Assembly (NCBI GenBank): GCA_026225415.1
Contig: JAMFSS010000006.1
Coordinates: 161,046-225,045 of the forward strand
From: Alphaproteobacteria bacterium
Lineage (GTDB): Bacteria; Pseudomonadota; Alphaproteobacteria; UBA9219
Reading direction: 5' to 3'
DNA: 64,000 bases
The notes beneath the pieces are model-generated. The model saw only the letters and a program-made list of their open reading frames with translations, had not been told where the DNA came from and searched no databases. The position numbers were made by a program, and so were the translations under genes. Below, one piece after another: positions 18,630 to 28,175 of this stretch. Each line of letters starts with the position of its first letter. Positions within the stretch are counted from its first letter, which is position 1.

Positions 18630-18962
18630 CTATCCAATCTTCGCGACCAGTACCTTGTTTTTGCAATTAGGCGTTTTAAATGTTCTTGGTTCACTTGAAC
18701 CTCGCTTAAGAATTATCGCGTCAGAATCCACATAGTAAGCATAGGCTTCACAAGTGCTGTTCGGAACCAAACGGAATGTAATTTCTTTGCCGTTATAAAT
18801 AAAATCTTTTTGCCCGCTATTGAGGGCAGAAAGTGCAGTGTCGGCAAATAGGTCTTTCTTTGGCTGACGTGCTTCACTTACCCCCTGTATAGTGGAGCTG
18901 ATAATGCTTAAAGCAGTCAGGCCAATGAATAAGTAAGCCAGTGAATCATCTTGTTGAGTCAT
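18630..18962 (-). CDS. hypothetical small exported protein in AT-rich islet
   Basis: Hydrophobic N-terminus (LAYLFIGLTALSIISSTIQG). The locus is about 35% GC and lies between the ABC ATPase and ispB. Confidence 0.4.
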   Translation of the reverse strand: MTQQDDSLAYLFIGLTALSIISSTIQGVSEARQPKKDLFADTALSALNSGQKDFIYNGKEITFRLVPNSTCEAYAYYVDSDAIILKRGSSEPRTFKTPNCKNKVLVAKIG

Positions 18963-19071
18963 TTTTTCTCCAAAATATATTAGTAAATATAAAGAGGCCA
19001 ATCCTATTGACGCGCACTAAATAGAGTCAAGAGTTTTTAAATTTTATAGATAGTTTTTAATACAAGTATGG

Positions 19072-20094
19072 TTAAAACTCGCGTTCAATCGTAAAATCAA
19101 CGATATCGAGAAGGGCGCGTTTCACCGGATGGTCGGGGAACATGCCCAGCGCATCGCGGGCAATGGCGCCATAATGGCGGGCGCGGTCTATCGCATCGCG
19201 CAGCGCATTATGGCTGCGGATCAAATCCTGCGCATGCGCGAAATCGCCGTCGCGTTGGTCGCTGTCATCCAATGTGCGTTTCCAGAAGGCACGTTCTGCC
19301 TCGTTGCCGCGATGGATGGCAAGGATAACGGGCAATGTCACTTTGCCTTCGCGGAAATCATCGCCAACAGTTTTGCCCAAACGCGCTTGCTCGGCGGAAT
19401 AATCCAAAATGTCGTCGACGATTTGAAACGCGATGCCAAGGTTAAGGCCAAAGGTGCGCAACGCTTCTTCTTCGGAGGCCGGGCGCGCCGCGACAATCGC
19501 GCCAACACGACAGGCGGCCGCGAATAGCTCGGCGGTTTTGGCGCGCACGACTTCTAAATAGGCCTGTTCCGATGTTGCGCTGTCATTGGTGGTTATCAAC
19601 TGTAATACTTCGCCTTCGGCGATAATGGCGGAGGCATGCGACAGAACGCGCAACACATCGATCGATCCATCTTCGACCATGAGTTCAAAGGCGCGGCTGA
19701 ACAGAAAATCGCCAACCAATACGCTGGCCTCGTTACCGAACAAGGCATTGGCCGAGGGGCCGCCGCGTCGCAACGCGCTGTCATCCACCACATCATCATG
19801 CAATAATGTTGCGGTATGGATAAATTCAACGCTTGCCGCCAGTTTGCGGTGGCGCTCGCCGCGATAACCGCACATTTGCGCGGTGGCGAGTGTTAGGATG
19901 GGGCGCAAACGTTTGCCGCCCGCCGCGATGATATGGCCCGCCAAACGCGGGATCATCGCAACACGGCTTTCCATACGTTGCACGATCAATTGATTGACGG
20001 CGGCAACATCGTCACCGACAACGGCTGCCAGATTATCCAGCGCGGCGGTATGGTTGCGGCGTTGCGGTTGTTCGAGGGGGATAATGGTCGCCAT
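19072..20094 (-). CDS. ispB: polyprenyl (octaprenyl) diphosphate synthase
   Basis: First and second Asp-rich motifs LLHDDVVDDS and FQIVDDILD. 340 aa. Confidence 0.85.
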   Translation of the reverse strand: MATIIPLEQPQRRNHTAALDNLAAVVGDDVAAVNQLIVQRMESRVAMIPRLAGHIIAAGGKRLRPILTLATAQMCGYRGERHRKLAASVEFIHTATLLHDDVVDDSALRRGGPSANALFGNEASVLVGDFLFSRAFELMVEDGSIDVLRVLSHASAIIAEGEVLQLITTNDSATSEQAYLEVVRAKTAELFAAACRVGAIVAARPASEEEALRTFGLNLGIAFQIVDDILDYSAEQARLGKTVGDDFREGKVTLPVILAIHRGNEAERAFWKRTLDDSDQRDGDFAHAQDLIRSHNALRDAIDRARHYGAIARDALGMFPDHPVKRALLDIVDFTIEREF

Positions 20095-20149
20095 GTTTAA
20101 ATCTTTCGATGTTTAAAAAGCTTTAGCAAATAAAAACGCAAAGAACAAA

Positions 20150-20344
20150 TCACCCATCCTGTTTGCCAAACAAGGCATCGATACCGTCCTTGTGCGCCTG
20201 TTTTTTATTAATCATGTCGTCGGCGCGGATAATTTCGGCTTCCAATGCGGTGATATAATTTTCTAAATCCTCAATCGACATTTGTTGCAGATCGCGGGGT
20301 TTGGTTTGCGGTTTGGTGATATCCAATTCGTCGGGATTAATCAT
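20150..20344 (-). CDS. DUF1192 family small protein
   Basis: MINPDELDITKPQ...SIEDLENYITALEAEIIRADDMI is typical of the alphaproteobacterial DUF1192 family. Confidence 0.6.
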   Translation of the reverse strand: MINPDELDITKPQTKPRDLQQMSIEDLENYITALEAEIIRADDMINKKQAHKDGIDALFGKQDG

Positions 20345-20345
20345 G

Positions 20346-21665
20346 TCATTCTCCTGTGGGGCGTGCGGCGATGCCACGGCTGGTTCCCGCGCTGTGCCAT
20401 TCCAGCGTATCGAAATTGCCGCATGGCATGCAGGTCGGGTGCCATTCGGCATGCGTGTATCCGCAGGCGCGGCACGACCAGGTAGGGTCTGTGGCGGCTT
20501 CCGAAGATTTGGTCAGCCATAGGGATGCCGCGCGTTCGTCACTGCGTTCGCGCCGTTCCAACCGCGCCAGCAATTTATAAATATTTTGCGTGGCAACGCG
20601 CGTATTGACAGACGCCACTAAATGCCGCCGCGCTTCGCCCCAGATATCGGCGTTCAAGGCCGCTTCGGCTAAAGCCAGATGGCTTTCGGGCGCGGCTTCA
20701 TTCAGGCGGCATAAACGTTCAGTTTGTTTAAACGCCTCTAAAGCATCAGTATAAAGCCCGCGCAAAATCTGCGCCAATTGCGGATGCGGTTGGGTTTTCC
20801 ATGCGCGTTCAATTAAGCGTTGCGCGGCGCGGCGGTTATTTGTTGCCGCCAATCTTTCCGCCAGATTGATAAGGGCGGGCAACCAATCGGGGGTGTAACG
20901 CACCGCTTGTTCCGCCGCTTGCAACGCGCTGTCATTGTTACCTGCGGCTGCCGCTTCGCGCGATGCCGCGATGCGTAACGATGCGCGGTTGCGCTTGCCG
21001 GATTCCGTGTCCATTAAACGGGCGGTTACGGCGTGGGCAACTGCTGATTCCGCTTCCGCCCATTGGCCGCGCCGCGCCGCGCTTTCCATACGGATAAGGC
21101 TGAGCCACGGCGTTGCCGGTTTCAGGCGATGCAGTTCAGTCAGCAATTGATCGACTTCATTCCAATCATTTTGTTTTTTGGCCTCTGTGATCAGGCCGCG
21201 ATAGCCCAACACGGCGGCTTTGGGGTGCGCCGCCAATTTGCGGAAAATTTCACGCGCCGCGCCCGTATCGCCCGCCAATTGCGCGGCTTGTGCCTGTAAC
21301 CACAAAGCGGCCACGTTATTTTCGGCGCCTTTGCGCATCGTAATGGCTAAACGCCCGGCCTCGCTGGCATGGCCGGAGGCGAGGGCGATCAAACCATCGG
21401 TTAAATGGTCGTGGCTTTTTTGGACTTTGTTTAAAAGGCGGCGCAAACGCCAATGGGTCGGGCCGTGGCGCAGCACATGCCACAGCCGGAATAACAGATG
21501 GATGGCATAGGCCAGAAGCAAGGCGCACAAAGCCAGAAACGCCGCCGACGTTTCAATGACGGTATCATGCCAGACGATATGCGCGCTTCCGGGGCTGTCG
21601 GCCAGCCATAAGGCAAGCGCGACGACAACCGCGATTTGAAACAGGGAATAGAAAAACCGGATCAT
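20346..21665 (-). CDS. hemY: HemY-like membrane protein (TPR repeats, C-terminal zinc ribbon)
   Basis: N-terminal TM helices, TPR-like helical repeats and a C-terminal CRACGY...CMPCG motif. Follows hemC-hemD. Confidence 0.7.
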   Translation of the reverse strand: MIRFFYSLFQIAVVVALALWLADSPGSAHIVWHDTVIETSAAFLALCALLLAYAIHLLFRLWHVLRHGPTHWRLRRLLNKVQKSHDHLTDGLIALASGHASEAGRLAITMRKGAENNVAALWLQAQAAQLAGDTGAAREIFRKLAAHPKAAVLGYRGLITEAKKQNDWNEVDQLLTELHRLKPATPWLSLIRMESAARRGQWAEAESAVAHAVTARLMDTESGKRNRASLRIAASREAAAAGNNDSALQAAEQAVRYTPDWLPALINLAERLAATNNRRAAQRLIERAWKTQPHPQLAQILRGLYTDALEAFKQTERLCRLNEAAPESHLALAEAALNADIWGEARRHLVASVNTRVATQNIYKLLARLERRERSDERAASLWLTKSSEAATDPTWSCRACGYTHAEWHPTCMPCGNFDTLEWHSAGTSRGIAARPTGE

Positions 21666-23263
21666 GGTTTTTCACCGGATGTGGGCGATGCGAAATGTGC
21701 GGCGATCGCGTGAACAGCGTCATCAAGCGTGGCGCGGTTTTGCAATTGGGTGTGCCAGTCCGATAATTTTGTCTGGGTTTCTTCGGGCAAGGTTGTGAAA
21801 TTTTGTAACGCGGCTTCCGCATCATTGGCGTCCAACGCTTGTTCTATGGCGGTGAATTGCGCGTTGTGAAGCGGGTGAACCGAAATCAACGGGCGCATGG
21901 TTTTTTTAATCTGTTGCAGCCATTCTTGTGAATCCGTATCGGGTGCGGTATCGGTTTTGCTTTCTTCTTTCTCCAGACGGGTACGCAATTGGGCGCAGGT
22001 TGGCGCATTCGTCAGTGCTTCAAGTTTGGCCGTTTCTCTTTTCACAATCTCGTCATCGGGCGCGGCTTTGCTGAGTGCGGCAAGTTGCGCCGAAAAATCG
22101 CGCCCCGCATTGGCAGCATCACGCAATTCCCAGAATGCCAAGGTTGCCGCGAATTGTTGCTGATTATTCTGGCCGGTATTTTTCTGGTTTTGCAATTCCG
22201 CAATTTGCGCTTGCAATGTTTTGACGGTATCGGCCAAAGCCGCATTGTCGGTGGTGCCGGTTGTGGGGGCCGCAATTTCGGTCAGGGAATTTATTTTGGT
22301 TTCCAGCGCATCTAACCGATGTTCGACCGCTGCAATGTCTGCGGAAGATGTGGCCGCTGGTAATAACGGTTGAAAAACAGGGCAATGCAGGATGGCATAA
22401 CCACCGGCACAGGCGGCCAGTATCAAACCGGACAGTAGCAAGGGGAAACAGGATTTCTTGCTTTTACAGGCGGCGGTGTTTGTCGGCGCTTCGGCAGCCG
22501 TCGGAACAGTCGTTTCATTTTCTGTCATTGCGGATTCCAGACATAAAAAAATTTCTTCTTCTGTAGGCTTGGCGGCTACCATTAATCGCCGCCAAGGCAG
22601 GCTTTGTAGCACATCTGCCACTGCTTGGCTAAGCCCCACGGCATTGATGCGGTTGCATGCCTGTGTCAGATGGTTTTTTTCGATCAGACCCAACAAAATC
22701 TTCGCGCTGCGCGGCGAAAAAACCGGGATGGATTGGATATCGCCTTGCGCCAAAGCGTCACATGTTGCGGGCGAAAAATTATCGCGTGCCGTCGCCAGAT
22801 AAACAATCCATGACATCAATATATATCCCTGTGTCGCCACTAAGGTGGCCAGCTTGGCGTCGTTCTGGTCGCCCGCGATATGCAACAAAGGTTTGGTTTT
22901 ATCGGTCAGGTTTTGCAAAGCAAGTTTTGCAAGCGCCGCGCTGTCGCCATCGCCGCAATGAATGTTGGTGAAACCCAAAGCGCGCGCCGCCGCGCCGGTC
23001 GATGCGCCCACGCAATAGCAAGGAAGGTCGCGCAACTCTTCTATCGATACCTGAATATCCGCAAGCGTATCCGGCGCGTTGGCCGAGGTGATGAACACCG
23101 CCTGAAAATCACCGGTGGGTCGTGGTGTGTGGGTTGGGGTCAGCGTAAGCAGAGGTTCGATAACGCTGTCATAGCCGCGTCGGGCAAGAAAACGCGCCGC
23201 TCTTTCACTGGCGGATTGCGGACGGGTAAGGAGGATGGTTTTCATAAAGATTAAAGAGAGCAA
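21662..23263 (-). CDS. hemD: uroporphyrinogen-III synthase fused to a HemX-like membrane-anchored coiled-coil domain
   Basis: The N-terminal ~240 aa are HemD-like (MKTILLTRPQ...). Then comes a TM segment (CFPLLLSGLILAACAGGYAIL) and a long coiled-coil tail. Confidence 0.7.
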   Translation of the reverse strand: MLSLIFMKTILLTRPQSASERAARFLARRGYDSVIEPLLTLTPTHTPRPTGDFQAVFITSANAPDTLADIQVSIEELRDLPCYCVGASTGAAARALGFTNIHCGDGDSAALAKLALQNLTDKTKPLLHIAGDQNDAKLATLVATQGYILMSWIVYLATARDNFSPATCDALAQGDIQSIPVFSPRSAKILLGLIEKNHLTQACNRINAVGLSQAVADVLQSLPWRRLMVAAKPTEEEIFLCLESAMTENETTVPTAAEAPTNTAACKSKKSCFPLLLSGLILAACAGGYAILHCPVFQPLLPAATSSADIAAVEHRLDALETKINSLTEIAAPTTGTTDNAALADTVKTLQAQIAELQNQKNTGQNNQQQFAATLAFWELRDAANAGRDFSAQLAALSKAAPDDEIVKRETAKLEALTNAPTCAQLRTRLEKEESKTDTAPDTDSQEWLQQIKKTMRPLISVHPLHNAQFTAIEQALDANDAEAALQNFTTLPEETQTKLSDWHTQLQNRATLDDAVHAIAAHFASPTSGEKP

Positions 23264-23365
23264 GAAGAGGTTAAGACGAGCAAGACCGAGTAAGACCGAG
23301 CAAAATCACAATTTGTGATTTCTCTCGTTCTTTCTCCTCTTTCTCTCTTTCTAGCCCTCTCTTCT
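23264..23365. repeat. polypurine/polypyrimidine imperfect inverted repeat (GA-rich arm, palindromic centre atcacaatttgtgat, TC-rich arm)
   Basis: aaagagagcaagaagagg... / ...cctctttctctctttct between hemC and hemD. Same architecture at the other listed loci. Confidence 0.5.
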
Positions 23366-24307
23366 TTATGCTGCAAATAAATCCGCCGGTGATTTTTTGC
23401 GTAGATTTTGCCCCAGCATTTCGCCAATCGCATCGGCGTCTTGCGGGTTGCCGGTTGCGGCCAGACGGATCAGATCCTTGCCATCGGCACGCGCTACTAA
23501 CGCCTCAATCGCTAACTGGCCCGATGGCAGAAGAATGGCATAAGCACCCGCCGGTGTGTTGCAGGTGCCGTCAATCGCCCGCATAACGGCGCGTTCCGCC
23601 ACAACACAGATATGCGTTTCGGCATGATCAAGCGGTGCCAGCAAGGCGCGGGTTTCGTCATCATTGGCGCGGATTTCAACGCCCAAAGCGCCCTGCGCCG
23701 ATGCGGGCAAAATATCTTTGGTGGAGAAAACCGATGATATGCGCGATTGCATGCTCAGGCGTTCCAAGCCGGCAACGGCCAGCAAGGTGGCATCCGCCAT
23801 GCCTTCTTCCAGTTTTTTAATGCGCGTTTCAACATTGCCGCGCAGAGGGACGATTTTCAGATCAGGGCGCAGCGCCAAGAGTTGCGCCTGACGGCGAAGG
23901 CTCGATGTGCCGATTGTGGCGCCTTTGGGCAGATCGTTTATGGTTGGCGCCTTGGTGCTGATAAACGCATCACGCACATCGCCGCGTTTTAAAATCGCGC
24001 CAATATCCAGATGTGGCGGCAAAACGCTTGCGACGTCTTTTAAAGAATGAACGGCGATATCGATATAATTGCTCAGCAGCGCTTCTTCGATTTCCTTGGT
24101 GAATAATCCTTTATTGCCGCCCATATCGACAAAGCGGCGGTCTTTATGTTCGGGCCGCCAATCGCCGGTCGTGCGAATGGGGATAATTTCAATATCCGTT
24201 TCATCGGAGAAATGGGGATGGGCAGCAACAATAAGCCGTCTGATTTCTTCGGCTTGAATAAGGGCAAGGGGGCTGCCCCGCGTGCCTAAGCGAATCTTTT
24301 TCTTCAT
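23366..24307 (-). CDS. hemC: hydroxymethylbilane synthase (porphobilinogen deaminase)
   Basis: MKKKIRLGTRGSPLALIQAEE N-terminus. 313 aa. Confidence 0.9.
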   Translation of the reverse strand: MKKKIRLGTRGSPLALIQAEEIRRLIVAAHPHFSDETDIEIIPIRTTGDWRPEHKDRRFVDMGGNKGLFTKEIEEALLSNYIDIAVHSLKDVASVLPPHLDIGAILKRGDVRDAFISTKAPTINDLPKGATIGTSSLRRQAQLLALRPDLKIVPLRGNVETRIKKLEEGMADATLLAVAGLERLSMQSRISSVFSTKDILPASAQGALGVEIRANDDETRALLAPLDHAETHICVVAERAVMRAIDGTCNTPAGAYAILLPSGQLAIEALVARADGKDLIRLAATGNPQDADAIGEMLGQNLRKKSPADLFAA

Positions 24308-24325
24308 CTCAAATTCCTACGGCAT

Positions 24326-24457
24326 GTCGCCAATTAAACGATCTTGGGCTGCAAATCGCCGTTTTTCAAATTTTGCAACGCGTGTACGCAAAGTACACTT
24401 GCCTTGCAAAATTTGAAAAAACAACGATTTTCGCCTCAAGCTTGTTTAATTGGCGAC
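24326..24457. repeat. nested palindromic intergenic element, copy 1
   Basis: Outer arms gtcgccaattaaac/gtttaattggcgac. Inner arms ttttcaaattttgcaa/ttgcaaaatttgaaaa. Conserved core aacgcgtgtacgcaaagtacacttgccttg. Homologous to the copies at 32553..32679 and 63500..63577. Confidence 0.7.
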
Positions 24458-24607
24458 ACGCCTTTAAGTCGTCGCGCTTTAACGCGCTTTTAAAAAGAAC
24501 AGGCAACTCAACCTGTTGGATAGAAGCAGCCCTTCTATAGAACATCCGCGTTTATTTTGTTAACAGATTTTTTACCATAGAATCAATGAATTAGTTTCAA
24601 GTTTCGG

Positions 24608-25009
24608 GTGTATAGTCTGTTTATGGGAAAAAAGAACGCCATCGCGGGGATGAAAAAACAAGCGGCAGGGGTTGCCGGCTTAAATACGGATATTCAGATT
24701 ATTGCCGCGTTCGTCACAATCGCCATGGTTGCCTTCATTGTCGTCGGATTTATCTTTCGCATGACGGTCCTGATTTTTGGAATTGCCTTTATCGTTGAAT
24801 TTTTCGGATTTGGACGAGGGAATAACGGGGTTCTGCACAAGGGGAGCCATAGCCTGCATGACGGGCACAGCCTTGATCGCAACATCCTGTGGCAAGGTGT
24901 TGGCTACAATCGGCGGTGGTATGGACGGTATTTGCATGCTCTTATGCCTCGCAAAGCCTCTCCCTCGATCCGGGACTATAATATATTATTGCCTGACCGG
25001 AATAAATAA
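24608..25009 (+). CDS. hypothetical small membrane protein (AT-rich locus)
   Basis: ORF only. One strongly hydrophobic segment. Low-GC region 24480-25080. Confidence 0.25.
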   Translation: MYSLFMGKKNAIAGMKKQAAGVAGLNTDIQIIAAFVTIAMVAFIVVGFIFRMTVLIFGIAFIVEFFGFGRGNNGVLHKGSHSLHDGHSLDRNILWQGVGYNRRWYGRYLHALMPRKASPSIRDYNILLPDRNK

Positions 25010-25106
25010 ACATTTAATTATTTTGTGCGATTGAGGAAGCCGGTAAAAAATAATTAGAGATAAACCTTTAAATATCATAGGTTTGACCAAACAAGGACGG
25101 AATATT

Positions 25107-26240
25107 ATGAGTGCCATTAAAGATACATTGCCGCGCATGGTTGCCCTGGCGCACGAACGTTCCGAGCTGTCGCGGATTCAGCTCGCGGGAATGTTGGCCG
25201 ATATTTTCCTGTTCAATGATTCGCATCTGTCTTTGCGCGAAGAAGAATTGATCAATGAATTGATCGATCAGTTGATGAAATCCGGCACCGTCCAGGTGCG
25301 CAGCCAGTTGATGGAAAAATTCGCCGATGTGTCGCGCATGCCGCGCCGCATCGCCACGCATATTGCCCGCGATGATATCGCCATCGCCCGTCCTGTTCTC
25401 ATGGCCTGCCCCACTTTGACCGATGATGATTTGATTCAGGTCGTTGAAGAACAGGGTGTTTCGCATGCGGCCCTGATCGCCACGCGCCAACAAATCAGCG
25501 AAGCCGTGGCGGATGCCTTGGTGACGACTGGCGACGTGCGTGTTATGCAAGCGGTTGCCGAAAATCTGGGCGCGCATCTGAGCCAGAAAGCGGTTGAAGC
25601 GGTGGCGGATGCCGCGCGTTACAGCGCCGAATTGCGCGCGCCCATTTTGCATCGACCCGAAATTACTGCCGACACGGCGATGAAGCTATATTGGTGGGTT
25701 GAACAGGATCTGCGCCGTTATACGTTGAAGCGTTTTGGCATTGGGTCGGGTCAGGTCGACAAGGCTTTGGCGATGACCATCACGACTTTCCTGAATGACC
25801 ATGTCAACCAGAAGGGCAATGACGAGGTGATGACGCAAATCGCCGAATGGATGGAAAAACACGAAGCGCTGACGCTTCAGGTTTTGCCGCAGGTTCTGCG
25901 CATGGGGCATTTCCGCTTGTTCAATATTTTGCTGGCGCGTCTGGCGAATTTGAATTTGTCGTTGATCGACACGATTATGGCCGAAGCCGGTGGCCGCGGT
26001 TTGGCGGCGGTGTGCCGCGCGGTTGGCATGGACAAGCCCGGCTTTGTTTCGTTGTTTTTATTGGCGCGTGGTGGCCGTCCGGGCGATCAGGTTGTGCATC
26101 CGCGTGAATTGTCTTTGGCATTGGAAGCGTTTGACCGTATGAGCCCCGCGATTGCCAAGGATTTATTGCATAGCTGGTCGATGAACCCCGATTATTTTGC
26201 GAAACATAATCAGGAAGCGTCGCGGGATGCGCTGCATTAA
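25107..26240 (+). CDS. DUF2336 family protein
   Basis: About 378 aa all-helical repeat protein typical of alphaproteobacterial DUF2336. GGA-containing RBS before the ATG at 25107. Confidence 0.55.
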   Translation: MSAIKDTLPRMVALAHERSELSRIQLAGMLADIFLFNDSHLSLREEELINELIDQLMKSGTVQVRSQLMEKFADVSRMPRRIATHIARDDIAIARPVLMACPTLTDDDLIQVVEEQGVSHAALIATRQQISEAVADALVTTGDVRVMQAVAENLGAHLSQKAVEAVADAARYSAELRAPILHRPEITADTAMKLYWWVEQDLRRYTLKRFGIGSGQVDKALAMTITTFLNDHVNQKGNDEVMTQIAEWMEKHEALTLQVLPQVLRMGHFRLFNILLARLANLNLSLIDTIMAEAGGRGLAAVCRAVGMDKPGFVSLFLLARGGRPGDQVVHPRELSLALEAFDRMSPAIAKDLLHSWSMNPDYFAKHNQEASRDALH

Positions 26241-26336
26241 GAACGAGGTAGGAACGAGATGGAAAGAGAGATAGGCGAGAAAAAAGGAGAATATAGTTTT
26301 TCTCGTTCTATCTCGATTTTCTCCTTCTTTTCTCTT
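26241..26336. repeat. polypurine/polypyrimidine imperfect inverted repeat
   Basis: gaacgaggtaggaacgagatggaaagagagataggcgagaaaaaaggagaa / tttttctcgttctatctcgattttctccttcttttctcttc. Confidence 0.5.
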
Positions 26337-28175
26337 CTATCCTCTTAACTTGGTCTGACATTCTTGCAAAATATCACGCGCGATGGGTGCCGCTTCATGC
26401 GCACCGCTGCCACCATGCTCAACGATAACCGAAATAGCGAAACGCGGCGCACCCACCGGTGCGAAACCGGCGAACAAAGCATGGTCGCGCTCTTTCCATG
26501 GAAGGGCTTCGTTTTTCGTCACGCCTTCTTCATGTTCGGCTTCGGAAATATGGCGCACCTGTGATGTGCCCGTCTTGCCGGCCATCTCCATACCGTCTTG
26601 CATGATACGCGCGGCATAGGCTGTGCCCTGATTGGAATTGATGACGTTCGACATCCCTTCGCGCACCAAAGCCAGATGGCGCGGGTCCAACCCCATCGAT
26701 GGCCAGATTTCGGGCGCGACCAAAGACCCACCAATTTTTTGCGCGATATGCGGTTTGACGGCATAACCGTCATTGGCGATACGCGCCGCCATCACCGCCA
26801 ATTGCAACGGCGACGCCAGCATATAACCTTGGCCGATGGCGGCGATCAAAGTTTCGCCCTGTTCCCAATTTTGATGCTTATTGGCCTGTTTCCATGCGCG
26901 ACCCGGCACCAAACCGCCGCGCTCATGCGGCAAATCGATGCCCAGTTTTTGTCCCCAGCCGAAACGCTCGGCCATCGCCTGAATTTTATCGATGCCGACG
27001 CGGTGACCCAGATCGTAAAAATAAGTATCGCATGAACCTGCTATCGCTTCGGTCAGATTGACATGGCCGTGGCCGTTCTTTTTCCAGCAATGGAATTTAT
27101 GGTCGCCAAATTCATAATAGCCGGGACAGAAAGTGCGCTGGTTATTGTCGGTAATATCGGCATCCAACGCGGCCATCGCCACAATGGGTTTAATGGTCGA
27201 ACCCGGCGCGTAAACGCCGCCGATAATTTTGTTTAATAACGGCGAATGGATATCATTGTTCAGATTGTTCCAATCATCCTGGCTGATGCCAAAGGTGAAA
27301 AGATTGGGATCGAAACTGGGCTGCGATGCCAATGCCAAAACTTCGCCACTATGAATATCCATTAACACGGCGGCTGCGCCCTCTTCGCGCGCCAACCGTT
27401 GCTGCATAAATTGTTGTAACCCGATATCGATGGCCAATGTTAATTCCTGGCCTGCTATCGGGTCGTGGCGCACCAATTCCTGCACCACGCGGCCATGCGC
27501 GTTGACTTCCATTTCGACATCGCCCGCGGTGCCGCGCATCTGCTCTTCATATTGTTTTTCGATGCCGTTTTTGCCGATGCGGAAACCCGGCACGCTTAAA
27601 ACTTTGGCGTCTTCGTCATCATCGGCGTCATCGATTTCGCTTTGTGACGCTGTGCCGACATAACCCAGAATATGCGCGGTCGTTTCGCCGTAAGGGTATG
27701 AACGGACTTCGCCCGCATCAATATCGACGCCCGGCATGTCGGGGGTGTGCACCGCTATAACATCCATCTGGTCGCGGGTCAGATTATCCTGCACCACAAC
27801 CGCGTTGAAACCGTTGCGCTCTTTCATTTCGCGTTCGATGCGTTTGCGGTCGGCATCGTCAATTTTCACGTAAGGATCAAGTTTCACCAGAACATCCTGC
27901 AAATCCGTTACCTGTTCCGGCAACAAAATCACGCGGTAGGTCTGGTCGTTCATCGCCAGCGCCACGCCGTCACGGTCAAGGATGCGGCCACGCGGCGGTG
28001 CTATCATCCGTAAATTGATGCGGTTTTCTTCGGCCATCTGATGATATTCCGCGCCCTGCACCACTTGCAGATAATAAAGCCGTCCGGCGAGAATGGAAAA
28101 CAATGCGCCCTGCGCACCGCCGATGAGAACAGCGCGTCGTGTAAAAATGCGTGATTTTTCGGTATTGCCAGCCAT
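26337..28175 (-). CDS. mrdA: penicillin-binding protein 2 (peptidoglycan D,D-transpeptidase)
   Basis: Transpeptidase motifs STIK (APGSTIKP), SxN and KTGT (AGKTGTSQV). Downstream of mreC-mreD. Confidence 0.9.
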   Translation of the reverse strand: MAGNTEKSRIFTRRAVLIGGAQGALFSILAGRLYYLQVVQGAEYHQMAEENRINLRMIAPPRGRILDRDGVALAMNDQTYRVILLPEQVTDLQDVLVKLDPYVKIDDADRKRIEREMKERNGFNAVVVQDNLTRDQMDVIAVHTPDMPGVDIDAGEVRSYPYGETTAHILGYVGTASQSEIDDADDDEDAKVLSVPGFRIGKNGIEKQYEEQMRGTAGDVEMEVNAHGRVVQELVRHDPIAGQELTLAIDIGLQQFMQQRLAREEGAAAVLMDIHSGEVLALASQPSFDPNLFTFGISQDDWNNLNNDIHSPLLNKIIGGVYAPGSTIKPIVAMAALDADITDNNQRTFCPGYYEFGDHKFHCWKKNGHGHVNLTEAIAGSCDTYFYDLGHRVGIDKIQAMAERFGWGQKLGIDLPHERGGLVPGRAWKQANKHQNWEQGETLIAAIGQGYMLASPLQLAVMAARIANDGYAVKPHIAQKIGGSLVAPEIWPSMGLDPRHLALVREGMSNVINSNQGTAYAARIMQDGMEMAGKTGTSQVRHISEAEHEEGVTKNEALPWKERDHALFAGFAPVGAPRFAISVIVEHGGSGAHEAAPIARDILQECQTKLRG

